From the sequence record OR234014.1: 64,000 bases of DNA. One strand, written 5' to 3'. Source of the stretch: Staphylococcus phage SAC. Positions 35,480 through 45,936 of the stretch are shown one piece after another. Positions within the stretch are counted from its first letter, which is position 1. Each line of letters begins with the position of its first letter. The notes beneath the pieces were generated by a model. That model made no database searches. It saw nothing but the letters and a program-made list of their open reading frames with translations, and had not been told where the DNA came from. The translations under genes were made by a program, and so were the position numbers.

Positions 35480-36839
35480 CAGTTACTACCCCTAGTTTCC
35501 TAGTACTTTAACACTAACTTAATAGTGGGCTTAGACTATATCTTTAATTGCCTGGTATGCAAGTTTTTGTTTTCGGTCTATATGAATATTATTATCTCGA
35601 TATAATGTTTTCATTAATTTTTTAGCTTTTTTACCTGTATAACCTATTCTATAAGAGGTAGAAGTTTTAGATATTGTAGGACATTTAAAACCTAATAAGT
35701 CTTCAATCCAACTACCTACTTCTTTTAAAAATTCAGGATGATTGTTAACTAAAGTTATTGACCATCTATTATTATAACATCCAATAGAACCATCACCATC
35801 AAACAATCCTCTTAAGTAATGTTTCCTTAAATCATAAGGTATGTCTTGTGTTAACCAATCTGTTTTTTTAGTTTTCATAGGTATTATACCATATTTAGCT
35901 AAATCATTACATAGTTTTTCATCGGTAACACTAAAAGTATACGTAGAATTTTCATTTTTTATATAATCTCTTTTTCTATGAGATTCATAAATTTTACTGT
36001 CTGAATTCAATTCTTTTTGAACTCTTTCTACTATTTCTTTATCAATTAACTCTAGTGTTAAGTAACATTGACCTTCTCTTCTATATCTAACACAACCGTC
36101 AGCCATCAATAAACCTAAAATATATGCTTTCTCTTCAGTATCAATTACTTCAAAGAAATCTTTATTAATATTTCTATTAACTCTCCTAGGTTGATAGTAA
36201 GATGTATCAATACCAAAGTCTCTTAATATTTTACTTATCTCTCTTGCATGTGTTGTATAGACTGCTTTTATCTCTGCAATAGTCATAGACTCCTCAGTGT
36301 ACATTCTTAAAATATCTTGTTTTTGTTTACTAGTCCATCTTCTCTTGCTATTTGTGTCAATATTAAACTCATCTAGTACTTTTTTAATTGTAAAGTAATG
36401 TGCATTATACTTTTTTTGTATTTCACTAAATTTCTTACCTTCTTGAAAGGATTTCACTATATCTTGTTTTTCTTCATTAGACCATACTCGTTTTACCATA
36501 TTATACTACTCTCCATTTTAAATAGATTTCGTAGGCAATTCCCACGTACTTCGGTTTCCCTACTCTACTCAGTTACTCACTAATACTTCTCAATATTAGC
36601 TACCTTTTCGATAGTCGTTGAACCTTCTCCATTTTACAGGAGCTTGGATGCTGATTACCTACACTATATAATATAACAGTTTAATAACTCGTTATACCAT
36701 ATAACTCATATACTTGTTATTTTTAACATTCACGCTTACCGTTTCCAGTTACGTTGTAGTTAACAAGTCTTTAAGGCTTCCCAGCAATTCACGTGGATTT
36801 GTAATAACTCATTATAAGCCATTGTGGCTATTTAAGGTA
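35480..36839 (-). mobile_element. group I intron in the recA-like gene (1360 nt) carrying a LAGLIDADG homing endonuclease gene
   Basis: Splits Walker A: exon 1 ends ...YGLTGSG(GGT) and exon 2 starts KSTF. The upstream exon ends in U and the intron ends in G. GC-richer structured flanks. Core motif 'aagatatagtct' about 55 nt from the 3' end. Confidence 0.8.
35531..36499 (-). CDS. LAGLIDADG homing endonuclease (double-motif), intron-encoded
   Basis: Two motifs: 'YILGLLMADGCV' and 'LRGLFDGDGSI'. Confidence 0.8.
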   Translation of the reverse strand: MVKRVWSNEEKQDIVKSFQEGKKFSEIQKKYNAHYFTIKKVLDEFNIDTNSKRRWTSKQKQDILRMYTEESMTIAEIKAVYTTHAREISKILRDFGIDTSYYQPRRVNRNINKDFFEVIDTEEKAYILGLLMADGCVRYRREGQCYLTLELIDKEIVERVQKELNSDSKIYESHRKRDYIKNENSTYTFSVTDEKLCNDLAKYGIIPMKTKKTDWLTQDIPYDLRKHYLRGLFDGDGSIGCYNNRWSITLVNNHPEFLKEVGSWIEDLLGFKCPTISKTSTSYRIGYTGKKAKKLMKTLYRDNNIHIDRKQKLAYQAIKDIV

Positions 36840-37052
36840 ACCACTACCAGTTAATCCGTAAACTTCTGTAAGTCTTCCTAGAGGAATACCTCCACCTAAA
36901 ATTCTATCATATTGTGGAATCATAGTAGGAATGATATTCTTAATATCTGCTCTATTACTATCTGATAGTAAAGTTAAACCTAATTCTTTACCTAAGTCAA
37001 TAGTATTTAAATTTGTAGTATCTACTTCTTTACCTTTTTTTGCTCTAGCCAT
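36840..37052 (-). CDS. RecA/UvsX-like recombinase, exon 1
   Basis: 'IPTMIPQYDRILGGGIPLGRLTEVYGLTGSG' is RecA '[31 protein letters not shown]'. The track ORF reads through into the intron (YLK*). Confidence 0.8.
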
Positions 37053-37114
37053 TATATCATCCTTTTATATGAAATTTAAATAAAAGAGTGCTAAGATAGC
37101 ACTCTATAAAGTTA

Positions 37115-38290
37115 TTATAAATCTAAACCTGCTAATACATCATCTACACTCTTAGGTTGATTTTGTTTAGGTGGTTCTGGTGTTGATTCATTTGTGTTGA
37201 ATGGGATTTGAGAATCGTCAATGTTATTAGCATCAAAGTTCTCAAATGGATTACTTTGTTCTTGTTGTGTTGGTTGCTGTGATGTCTGTTGCTGTGGTGC
37301 TTGTTGCACAGGTGTTCCTTGACCAAACTGTGTATTTTGTTGTGGGGGAACTTGTGGTGTTGGTTGTTGTACAGTATTAAAGTTTGGTTGTGTGTTATTT
37401 TGCCCACCTAAATTATCTGGCAACTGCTGTTCTATGCTTTGTTGCGTAGGAGCTTGTGTTTGCTCTTGTGTTGATGGTTCTTCACCTAATGTGTTTGTTT
37501 CTCTATTGAATTTAAAATTATCATGAGAAACTTCTGTGTTATTAACATTGTTAATCAACCAGTTTACAAAGTTAGGGTTATTTTCTTCTGTTGGTGTAGC
37601 TAACTTATCTAAATCAGATAACTGCTGTTCCCAACCTTGAGGTAAAGCACCTAATTTTACTGTAGGATAAACAGTTACATTCCATGATTTTTCACCTTTT
37701 TTAGCTTTAGCAATATTAATAGGGAATGCATCATCTGCTGAAATAAAGCTATGTGTAGCAGTAGGTGATGGTGATAACATTTTATCTTTTAATCGGTCAA
37801 TCAATTGAGACAGACCTGTATTAGATAGCTCCATAGGTTGGATAACAACATTACCTTGTTCATCTGTGTTAGGAACTAATTGACCGTTTTGATTAAAGTA
37901 TTCAATAACATGAATATATGCTCGTCGTGCAGGTTTATTAGGGAAGTTACTAAATTGTACACCTTGCTTTAACCATGTATTTACATAAGGGTCTACAACA
38001 GATGAGTTAACTTTCTCGGGTAAAGTAAGCATAGAGAACTTTTGTGCTCCATCTTTTTTAACATAGTTAATACCTAGTGTTCTAAATTCCTTAAAGAACT
38101 CATTAGAACCTTCTACAGGCGGTAGTACACGTACAAGTGCAGACTCTTTATTGATTTGGTTACCGTTAGCATCTTTTACTTTACCTAAGCGCAAAACGAG
38201 TTGTTTTGGCTTGTATAATTCTACCTCATTGTCAAAACCACTTGATTGTAGCTTTTCTGATTGCTGATTAATAAATTGATTAAAATCCAT
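37115..38290 (-). CDS. single-stranded DNA-binding protein (T4 gp32-like) with Q/P-rich linker and acidic SSB tail
   Basis: 'LRLGKVKDANGNQINKESALVRVLPP' resembles gp32 'LKLDNAGNGQAVIRFLPS'. Long Q/P/T low-complexity region. C-terminal 'FENFDANNIDDSQIPF' resembles the SSB DDDIPF tail. Confidence 0.55.
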   Translation of the reverse strand: MDFNQFINQQSEKLQSSGFDNEVELYKPKQLVLRLGKVKDANGNQINKESALVRVLPPVEGSNEFFKEFRTLGINYVKKDGAQKFSMLTLPEKVNSSVVDPYVNTWLKQGVQFSNFPNKPARRAYIHVIEYFNQNGQLVPNTDEQGNVVIQPMELSNTGLSQLIDRLKDKMLSPSPTATHSFISADDAFPINIAKAKKGEKSWNVTVYPTVKLGALPQGWEQQLSDLDKLATPTEENNPNFVNWLINNVNNTEVSHDNFKFNRETNTLGEEPSTQEQTQAPTQQSIEQQLPDNLGGQNNTQPNFNTVQQPTPQVPPQQNTQFGQGTPVQQAPQQQTSQQPTQQEQSNPFENFDANNIDDSQIPFNTNESTPEPPKQNQPKSVDDVLAGLDL

Positions 38291-38360
38291 AATATCTTTT
38301 CTCCTTTTATTTTAAAAATTACTTAATTAGTATAACATGTTTTCTTTTGTTTGTCAATAC

Positions 38361-38843
38361 CTAATGTGTAAATGGGTTAGTAACACCACCATTTTTATTT
38401 GTTTGTCTTAGTTCCGCACTAATCTGTACTAACATAGTTGTACGTGTTTCAAAAGCTTTTACGATATAATGTAATTGTTTTTCTCTATAATTCCATGCTT
38501 CTACAACCTTTGCTTGCTGTTGATATTCATCAGAAAGAAATACAGCAGACTCTACTTGGTCTTTTGTAGGTTTCTTTCCCTGTTGTTCGTACTGAGCTCT
38601 AATTTGTAGATTAAGTTGAGCTCCTATTTTTTCTAACTTACGTTGCTCTGCTTCGGTATAATTACTCACACGTTCTTTTAATGAAGCCCACCATGCAAAT
38701 TTAGACGACTGTTGGTACATTTCGTCTTGAATTGTATATTCACTAAGTTTTAGTTCATCATGGATATTAAAAGTCTGAGTGTTTCCATTGTTATCTTTTA
38801 AGGTTAACTCATTGAAATCTAATGTATCTAAATGTATCTCCAT
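38361..38843 (-). CDS. hypothetical protein
   Basis: 160-aa ORF. Confidence 0.5.
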   Translation of the reverse strand: MEIHLDTLDFNELTLKDNNGNTQTFNIHDELKLSEYTIQDEMYQQSSKFAWWASLKERVSNYTEAEQRKLEKIGAQLNLQIRAQYEQQGKKPTKDQVESAVFLSDEYQQQAKVVEAWNYREKQLHYIVKAFETRTTMLVQISAELRQTNKNGGVTNPFTH

Positions 38844-38867
38844 AATACCCTCCTCTATTTTACTGTA

Positions 38868-39557
38868 CTATATAACTTTGAAACTGTCAATATTATTTTT
38901 AATATATTCCGTTTTTTGTTTGTACTGCTCTTCAGTTAGTTTATCTGATTCATAGTAGTCTTTGATTTGTTGTAAGGCTAATTTATACTTAATATATCCT
39001 TTATACGAATTAAATTGCTTTATTAACTCTTCGTTGTATTCTACCATATCATTATATGTTAATCCTATCTCTATATCTGCATCTATAGGATACTGTCTTA
39101 ACTCACCATTAATTTTTATTTTTAAGAAATCATAAGGAAGGTTCTCCATTACATGGACAATAACTTTAGCCATAATATTAACTTCTTCAGGAGGTGAGTC
39201 TACTACAATACTATCATGAACAGTAGCTACTAACTTCGATTTCATATTCTTATTTTGAATAAAGTCGTCAATATAAGTAATAGCCATGTTAGTAAGGTAA
39301 CCACCTGTACCTTGAATAATCGTGTTAAAGGACTGTCTAAGACCCTCATTTTTAATCTTTTTATCTCTAGATTGTGCTGAGTGTATATATCTTCTGTGTC
39401 CATTCATTGTTTCTACATATCCATGTTTTTGAACAAACTCATGAGTTTCATCTATAGACTTCTTAATAGCAGGTTTATTAGAATAAAACTTATTAAATAT
39501 TTCAGTAGCTTCATCAACTGTCATATTATTTTTACCTGCAAACGAAAACTCTGACTC
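38868..39557 (-). CDS. DNA polymerase (family A), exon 2
   Basis: Frame opens at 39557 with 'ESEFSFAGKNNMTVDEATEIF', parallel to Pol I 'MSAFGLARQLNIPRKEAQKY'. Motif C is 'LVATVHDSIVVD'. Confidence 0.8.
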   Translation of the reverse strand, partial: ESEFSFAGKNNMTVDEATEIFNKFYSNKPAIKKSIDETHEFVQKHGYVETMNGHRRYIHSAQSRDKKIKNEGLRQSFNTIIQGTGGYLTNMAITYIDDFIQNKNMKSKLVATVHDSIVVDSPPEEVNIMAKVIVHVMENLPYDFLKIKINGELRQYPIDADIEIGLTYNDMVEYNEELIKQFNSYKGYIKYKLALQQIKDYYESDKLTEEQYKQKTEYIKNNIDSFKVI

Positions 39558-40637
39558 CGTTTATACCCTCGGTTTCCCGATATTTATTAGGGGACTAGAC
39601 TATATCTTAAGTAAATACGTTACTATCTACTTCTAGGCTATTCCATGTAGGTATGAGCTACATGTACTCTACTCGGTTATATTGCAATAAGCCCTCTCGG
39701 CGTAAAGCTCACCTTTTGATAGTCGTTCGATAAAATAATTTAAGTGTTTAAGTGTAATCAAATCGTTCTCTTTTCTCTATTTTGAATGTAATCCCATAAC
39801 AATCTTCACCGGTTTCCATTTTTCTAAAGTTAGTGCCTGACGTAGGTATATTTAGTCTCTTTAGTAGCTTAGTTTTTACTCTATCATAATCAATTTCCAC
39901 ATGATTCTTATAAGCAACATAGTGAGGTGCATAAAGTTTAGAAGGGTTTTCTACAGGTTGATAATTATATTCTTGTAGTGTTTTAAAAACCCAGTTCTTA
40001 TGATGTTTTCTTTCCCCTCTAAGAACTGCAGAAATATGGCTTTGAATTAAGTTATGTTCCTTAGCAAATTTAGACTGATTGAAGAATATATATTCTTTAC
40101 CTGTAGGGTCTATACCTAATATCTTTTTACTTCTTGAAGGTACAAATCCTAAGTTCTCTTCTCTAGTAGCCCATTTACATTTATCTAAGCTATATACTTT
40201 ATTACCTAGTTCTTTAATATCCTTATCTAACACTAACTCACCATTTTTATACTTCTCTAAACTCCAACCATCAATTAACTCTACATCCTTAAGAAAGTTA
40301 TTAAAATTATGCCATCTATCGTCTACTGTTATTCCTAGTAATCCATAATATTTATATTCCTTACATTTAGGATTATAACATCTGTCTATCATATGAGACC
40401 ATACATGAGCTAATTTAGAATATAGCTTATTGTGATTATATCTTTCTCCTATTTTAAATTCTATTTAAATCATCCTTACTTATTAAATTACACTTAAATT
40501 ATTCTACACAGGATTAGCATTTTAAAGCCTTCCCTGTTAGCATAGTTCTTAACTACCATTTCCTGTAGCTCCTAACGTGAACTATACACCCTATACTCAA
40601 TAGGTTTACCTAGTTTTACTACGGCTATATTTTGTTA
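39558..40637 (-). mobile_element. group I intron in the DNA polymerase gene (about 1080 nt) carrying an HNH-type endonuclease gene
   Basis: Inserted inside polymerase motif B (RQASKAVAFGLIYG | ESEFSFA). Exon 1 ends in U (TAC GGT) and the intron ends in G. Core motif 'aagatatagtct' about 50 nt from the 3' end. Confidence 0.75.
39748..40392 (-). CDS. intron-encoded homing endonuclease (HNH_3-like with C-terminal NUMOD/IENR-type HTH)
   Basis: 'LDKCKWATREENLGF' resembles the HNH_3 'NLRWVTRSEN' motif. 'FFNQSKFAKEHNLIQSHISAVLRGERKHHKNWVF' is typical of the C-terminal DNA-binding module of phage HNH/GIY endonucleases. Confidence 0.5.
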   Translation of the reverse strand: MIDRCYNPKCKEYKYYGLLGITVDDRWHNFNNFLKDVELIDGWSLEKYKNGELVLDKDIKELGNKVYSLDKCKWATREENLGFVPSRSKKILGIDPTGKEYIFFNQSKFAKEHNLIQSHISAVLRGERKHHKNWVFKTLQEYNYQPVENPSKLYAPHYVAYKNHVEIDYDRVKTKLLKRLNIPTSGTNFRKMETGEDCYGITFKIEKRERFDYT

Positions 40638-43160
40638 ACCGTAAATTAAACCAAAGGCTACAGCTTTACTGGCTTGTCTTTCTTCTGCTGTTACGTCCTT
40701 CATACTTTTACCATACATAATACTTGCCGTATTTTTATGAATATCTTGTCCTGTTAAAAACATCTCTAACATTTCTTTATCATCTGTATATAGTGCCGTA
40801 ATACGCATCTCTAAGGCACTATAGTCGGCTTGTAAAATTACACCATCTTTAAATCTAGAGATAAAAGAACGTTTAATAGGGTGGTGATAATCAAACTTAT
40901 TTATATCAGATGTATGAGCAGGTAATTGTTGCATATTAATGTTTGAACTACTTAATCGACCTGATGCAGTTCCTGTACTATTATAGTTACCATGTAAATT
41001 ATGTGTATTCTTATTTACTCTTTTAGGTAATTTCTTAGTAAAAGAATTTCTTTTAGTTTGCAAAGAGGCATAATAAATAAGTAAGTCTAGTAGCTTTTTA
41101 TTATCTTCATTCTCAACCAAAGATAATGCCATCTTTATAGACTTAGTATCTGTTTTGTAGTCTTTCCATGATAACTCATCTTCTTTAGTACTATTACTGA
41201 AAGGTTTATCCTTAACTGTCTCTTTACTATAAGGTAACTGTATACCTAAAATGCTATATAATACTTCACCTTTATGGTCTCCTGAGCTTGGTTTGAACTT
41301 CCAACCTTCATCTTTAAATTTAGCTCTATACTCATGTATTTCTTTGTCTCTATCAGATGGTTTCTTCTCATGTTCTGCTAGGGCTAGTTGGTATAAATTA
41401 TACCTAGTTTCTTCAAATTCTTGGATAGCCCAATGCTCTCTAATTTCTTGGTGGGTTTTTTCCATCTCATTAATATAAAATTCATCATTTTTATGCATGT
41501 ATTCTAAGTCACAATGTAAACCATTTGATTGTATTCTAGCTAATGTTCTAATTAATCTAGGGTAACTTATTGACATTAAGTTCAATGCTTTAGGTCTATT
41601 TTGTTCTTTTAACTTTTCAATAACATCACAGTATATTCTTCTACAGACATCGGTGTCACCACTGGCATAAGGATGCATAAGCTCTAATGGAATCCAATCA
41701 TAATTAAAGTCACCTCCATCTACCTCATTAATAACTTTAGTATTGTCCTTATACGTGTTAATTAAATTAATAGATGTACCTAATACATAATCTTTAGCTT
41801 TGTTAGATAAACTCATATACTCGGGTGATGATTCGGCTACTTCTTTAAATTCAGAATCCATAAGCATATTCTTTGTAATAACCTCAGGTGTTAGTTTTAA
41901 CTCTAAGTATCTTTTTTGCTCTTCTGTGATACCATAATACTTATCTTCATCTGTTAGTTCTATATCAATGTTATCGAGTTTATTTTTCAACCAAGTATCA
42001 TACTCATTTGATTTTATGTTATATTCTTTCTTAGCAACTTTTTTATTTTCTTTTTTAATCTCTTTTAGTTTATCTGATAAGAATCTTAGTAGCTTCAATA
42101 CATACCACTCTTTAAAATCTTCAAGAGGTTTGTCATATCCTCCTACATCTGTTACTTCGTAAGCAAGGTCTGATAATCTTAGAGACTCTGCTTGTTCTTG
42201 TGTTACAGCTAAATACCAACCTACCTTAGTGTCTTGATTATTTTCAAAGTCTGTGAAACCTTGTGTTGTCATTAGAAAATTTATATCATAAGTAGCATTA
42301 TGTAGTACCTTAATGTCTTCTTTGCTAGCTACCCATTCTTTTAATAAGGAAAGAATTTCATCAATATCTTGTTGTCCATTCTCCCAAGTAAAGTCTGATT
42401 TATATAAAGGTATTGTAACACCTTGACCATTTTCCCAACTCATTGATAATACTAAGGGTTTACTTCCTTCTCTATCAGGACTAAGTGAGTTAGTTTCTAA
42501 ATCCCATGCGGTAATGTCTACACCGTCATGATTATCATTCTTTACTTCTTTATTAAATATTTCTCTTACACGCTCAATACTTGTAACAAGTTCATACTTA
42601 ACTTCTTTAGGTTTAAATACGTCTTCACCTTGTTCTACAAACTTACCTAATAACTTAAGGTCAGCTACTACATGACGCTCACTATTCTTATTAACGTTTG
42701 TGTACTCTATGCTATAAGTAGGTAATACCCAAACATCATGTTTTTTATCTTCACTAGTAATAGTTACTTTATTAGGTACACCTCTAACTTTACCGATAGC
42801 TGATACATTTAATAAATATTTAACCCCTAGCTTACCTAAAGGAATAATAATATCGTACTTATTGTTTATGATTATTTGACTCATTCTTTCATAGTAAGGT
42901 TTAACTTCAGATAACTTAACGTCTTGGTACTTAATTGTTTTACCATAGTTATTCTTAATAGGTGTAGGTACTTTAGGATATAAAAAATCAATGTCATAAT
43001 CCTTTGTGCTCCTATCTCTATTAATACCAGAAATATTAGACAATAGTTGTTTTAGTACTCTACCATTAGGTGTATTTAATAGTACATTCTTAACACTACC
43101 ATCATTACTAACTGAAAAGTGTTCCTCTCTGATATAGTCGTATAAAATTAAAACTTTCAT
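40638..43160 (-). CDS. DNA polymerase (family A) with 3'-5' exonuclease domain, exon 1
   Basis: Exo I 'ITAWDLETNSL' and Exo III 'YASGDTDVCRRIY'. Pol motif A 'ILQADYSALEMRI' and motif B 'RQASKAVAFGLIYG'. Confidence 0.85.
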
Positions 43161-43192
43161 GTTATTACCAATCCCTTCTTTAACTTAAATAC

Positions 43193-43221
43193 AGTATAGC
43201 ATATCTAATCATAGTAGTCAA
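43193..43221 (-). promoter_or_regulatory. promoter of the DNA polymerase gene (TTGACT-17-TATACT)
   Basis: Minus-strand 'TTGACTactatgattagatatgcTATACT', then RBS AAAGAAGGGA. Confidence 0.55.
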
Positions 43222-43250
43222 TAAAAAAAAGAGGAACTTAATCCTCTTTG
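43221..43250 (-). terminator. rho-independent terminator
   Basis: Minus-strand aaagagga-ttaagt-tcctcttt followed by T8. Overlaps the stop of the HU-like gene. Confidence 0.65.
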
Positions 43251-43540
43251 TTTAATACATCTATAACTTTATCTAATTCAGACAAAGGTTTAAACTTTAG
43301 TGCCTTTCTATTAGGTAAAGTGAAGTATGTTTTATTTAGTCCATCCCATGCTTTTTTACCCTTACGCTCTACTACTTCTATTTGAAAGTACTTATGATTC
43401 TTTACCTTATCGTAATCTTCAAGTAGTAATTCAGAAATAGCTTTTGTTTCTGCTTCTAGTATCTCTTCTACGTCTTGGATATAGTACCCTGTACTCTCAG
43501 ATATCTTTCTTGCTATATCTCTTCTATTTGCTGTACTCAC
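43238..43540 (-). CDS. HU/IHF-like DNA-binding protein
   Basis: 'RRDIARKISESTGYYIQDVEEILEAETKAISELLLEDYDKV...KYFQIEVVERKGKKAWDGLNKTYFTLPNRKALKFKPLSEL' follows the HU fold pattern (F.V..R.ar.GrNP.T.....P....f.pgk.L). Confidence 0.65.
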   Translation of the reverse strand: MSTANRRDIARKISESTGYYIQDVEEILEAETKAISELLLEDYDKVKNHKYFQIEVVERKGKKAWDGLNKTYFTLPNRKALKFKPLSELDKVIDVLNKED

Positions 43541-43548
43541 AAAATCAC

Positions 43549-44151
43549 CTAAATCTTAATCTTTCTTTGTCTTTTTAATTCAGTAAGTAGGTCTTCTATT
43601 ATTTCATAATCTTTATTTTCTTTACTAGCAAGAATATAGATATACATTTTCCACACGGACAAAGAAACCCTTAATTTGTCTGCAAAGTCAAGCGTATACC
43701 TAGGTTTTAGTTTATAAGCTTCTTTATCATACGTGTAGTACTTACCTTGTTTAGCGTCTATAGAACTAATACGAGGGAATGATAGATGAACCTCGTCTAC
43801 ATTCGTTTTAACATCGTATAAACTTCTAATAATATCGTAAGGATTGACGTAAGGAAATACAACTGAAATATCAATAATGACTTTTGTTCCCATGAAACTC
43901 AAAGCTATATTATCCATATCTTTGTTACTAAACTTACTACGCATTCTATATACAACTGATGATTTAGGGTGAGCTGATAAATCTTTAAGCACATAGTAAG
44001 GAATTACTGAATCGGTATAGTATGTTACTTGTCCACCGTGCTTGCATATTTTTTCAATCAACTTATCATTGTTATACTTCTCATTAAATAGCATGTAATG
44101 TTTATCATCTCTTAGTATATACCTAGTTGATTTATTAGCTAAGTTGTCCAT
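43549..44151 (-). CDS. hypothetical protein
   Basis: 200-aa ORF. Confidence 0.5.
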   Translation of the reverse strand: MDNLANKSTRYILRDDKHYMLFNEKYNNDKLIEKICKHGGQVTYYTDSVIPYYVLKDLSAHPKSSVVYRMRSKFSNKDMDNIALSFMGTKVIIDISVVFPYVNPYDIIRSLYDVKTNVDEVHLSFPRISSIDAKQGKYYTYDKEAYKLKPRYTLDFADKLRVSLSVWKMYIYILASKENKDYEIIEDLLTELKRQRKIKI

Positions 44152-44357
44152 ATCTTTTTCTATCTCATCTTCATTTAAAGTTGTAACTTTAATAGCTTTA
44201 GATAATTCATCTTTGTTTTTTACATGTATATTAAAATATCTATCACTATTATATATAGTTAATGTTTTATTTTTTGCGATAACTATTCATCCTTTCATGA
44301 AAAAACCTACTACCTTTTACTAATATAAGTATAGCATAAGTAGTAGGTAATTACAAA

Positions 44358-44690
44358 TTAAAGTAAATCTAATTCCATTAAGTTTTTAGGTGTTACTTGG
44401 TCTTCGAACTTCTTAGCAAGTTCCCCATCTTTATATCCAATAAGTACAGGTGTACTCATAATGTCAAATAACTTGACCGCTTTTTCTCTATCTACATCTT
44501 TATCATCTAAGTTAATAACATAAACAGGTTTAGTAATATCTCCTTCTGCTTCGAAAAGAGGAATCACACTTTTTAAAATTTCACATTTAGCACACTCATC
44601 TTGTGTAACCATGACAATAACATCCTGTTTTTGTCTGATTGTTGTATTTAACTCTAATAAACTATTCACTTTTTCCATTTTCTGTATCAT
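44358..44690 (-). CDS. thioredoxin/glutaredoxin-like protein (NrdH-like redoxin)
   Basis: CxxC active site 'DECAKCE' in a redoxin-sized protein of about 110 aa. Adjacent to the nrd genes. Confidence 0.6.
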   Translation of the reverse strand: MIQKMEKVNSLLELNTTIRQKQDVIVMVTQDECAKCEILKSVIPLFEAEGDITKPVYVINLDDKDVDREKAVKLFDIMSTPVLIGYKDGELAKKFEDQVTPKNLMELDLL

Positions 44691-44988
44691 CCTTTTCTAG
44701 TGTGTCAATAATATCTTTAAATGTTTCAATATCAGCTACATGTGTTAACTGCACCATACCATCAGCTTTAAATAACTTCAATGTACCTTCGTATATAAGA
44801 ATGTATACATATGTATTATAAATAAACTCTAGCTGAAATTTACTGGATTTACTATCTGCTTTAGTATCATCTCCCCTATTAAACATCTTAATAGGGTCTT
44901 GTACATTACTTACTTGTGAGAAAATATCATTTGATTTGAATATATCTTCAGTTCTACTTAGTAATCCAAACGCTTCTTTTTTATTCAT
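44662..44988 (-). CDS. hypothetical protein
   Basis: 108-aa ORF between nrdE and the redoxin gene. Confidence 0.45.
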   Translation of the reverse strand: MNKKEAFGLLSRTEDIFKSNDIFSQVSNVQDPIKMFNRGDDTKADSKSSKFQLEFIYNTYVYILIYEGTLKLFKADGMVQLTHVADIETFKDIIDTLEKDDTENGKSE

Positions 44989-45000
44989 TTAGTCACCTCT

Positions 45001-45936
45001 TTAGGCTTCACAATTAATACAAATTTTAGATAAATTGAATTGTTGTGATGCATTTGTACCATGTTGATAATACAATGACTTAATACCATTAGACCATGCA
45101 AAGAGATAAAGTTCATTTAACTCCTCTGCTGTAACATGTTTAGGGTTAATCATAATGTTTATAGATTGTCCTTGGTCAATATATTTTTGTCTTGTAGAAG
45201 CTTGGTCTAATATATTATATTGATTAATTTCACCATATGTTTTAAATACTTCCTTTTCATAATCACTTAAGAAAGTTAGGTGTTGAACGGAACCATCATT
45301 GTCCCTAATACTCTCAATAACTTTTTTATTGTCCTTTCCTTTTTCTTTTAATAGTCTTTTAAGGTAAGGATTAATCATAGTTTTCTTTACTTTAGCAGTG
45401 TCTACAACGTAATAATTACTCATAAAAGGTTCAATTGATTTAGAAACTTGACCTAGGATAAATGAGCTCGAAGTCGTAGGAGCTACCGCCATCAAACACG
45501 AATTCCTTCTACCATACCCTTTAAGAATAGTAGGCTCTCCATAAAGTTTAGCTAACTGCTCACTAGCTTTATAAGTTTTTTCTTTTAATAATTTAAATAT
45601 CTCTTCATTAATTTGACTAGCTTTAATACTTTCAAAAGGTATGAGTTTTGATTGTAGGTATGAATGATATCCAAGAACGCCTATTCCTAAGGCTCTGTTC
45701 TCAACAGAAAAGTTATAAGCTCTCTCCATAAATTTAAATGCTTCTTGTTTATCTTTTTCAGCTGAGTCTCTTAGATATTCTAAGTCTCTAATAAACTCAG
45801 ACATAACAGCATCTAAAAAGTAAACAAGTGTCTCTACAGCATCCGTGTGTTTCCATTCATCATACTTAACAAGGTTCATACTAGATAGGTCACATACAAA
45901 TGACCAATCTTCTTTATTAGGTAACATAATTTCACT
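45001..45936 (-). CDS. nrdE: ribonucleotide reductase large subunit NrdE-like, exon 2
   Basis: Frame opens with 'SEIMLPNKEDWSFVCDLSSMNL', which is NrdE 'SEILQVN...CNLGSLNL'. C-terminal Cys pair 'KICINCEA'. Confidence 0.8.
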   Translation of the reverse strand, partial: SEIMLPNKEDWSFVCDLSSMNLVKYDEWKHTDAVETLVYFLDAVMSEFIRDLEYLRDSAEKDKQEAFKFMERAYNFSVENRALGIGVLGYHSYLQSKLIPFESIKASQINEEIFKLLKEKTYKASEQLAKLYGEPTILKGYGRRNSCLMAVAPTTSSSFILGQVSKSIEPFMSNYYVVDTAKVKKTMINPYLKRLLKEKGKDNKKVIESIRDNDGSVQHLTFLSDYEKEVFKTYGEINQYNILDQASTRQKYIDQGQSINIMINPKHVTAEELNELYLFAWSNGIKSLYYQHGTNASQQFNLSKICINCEA

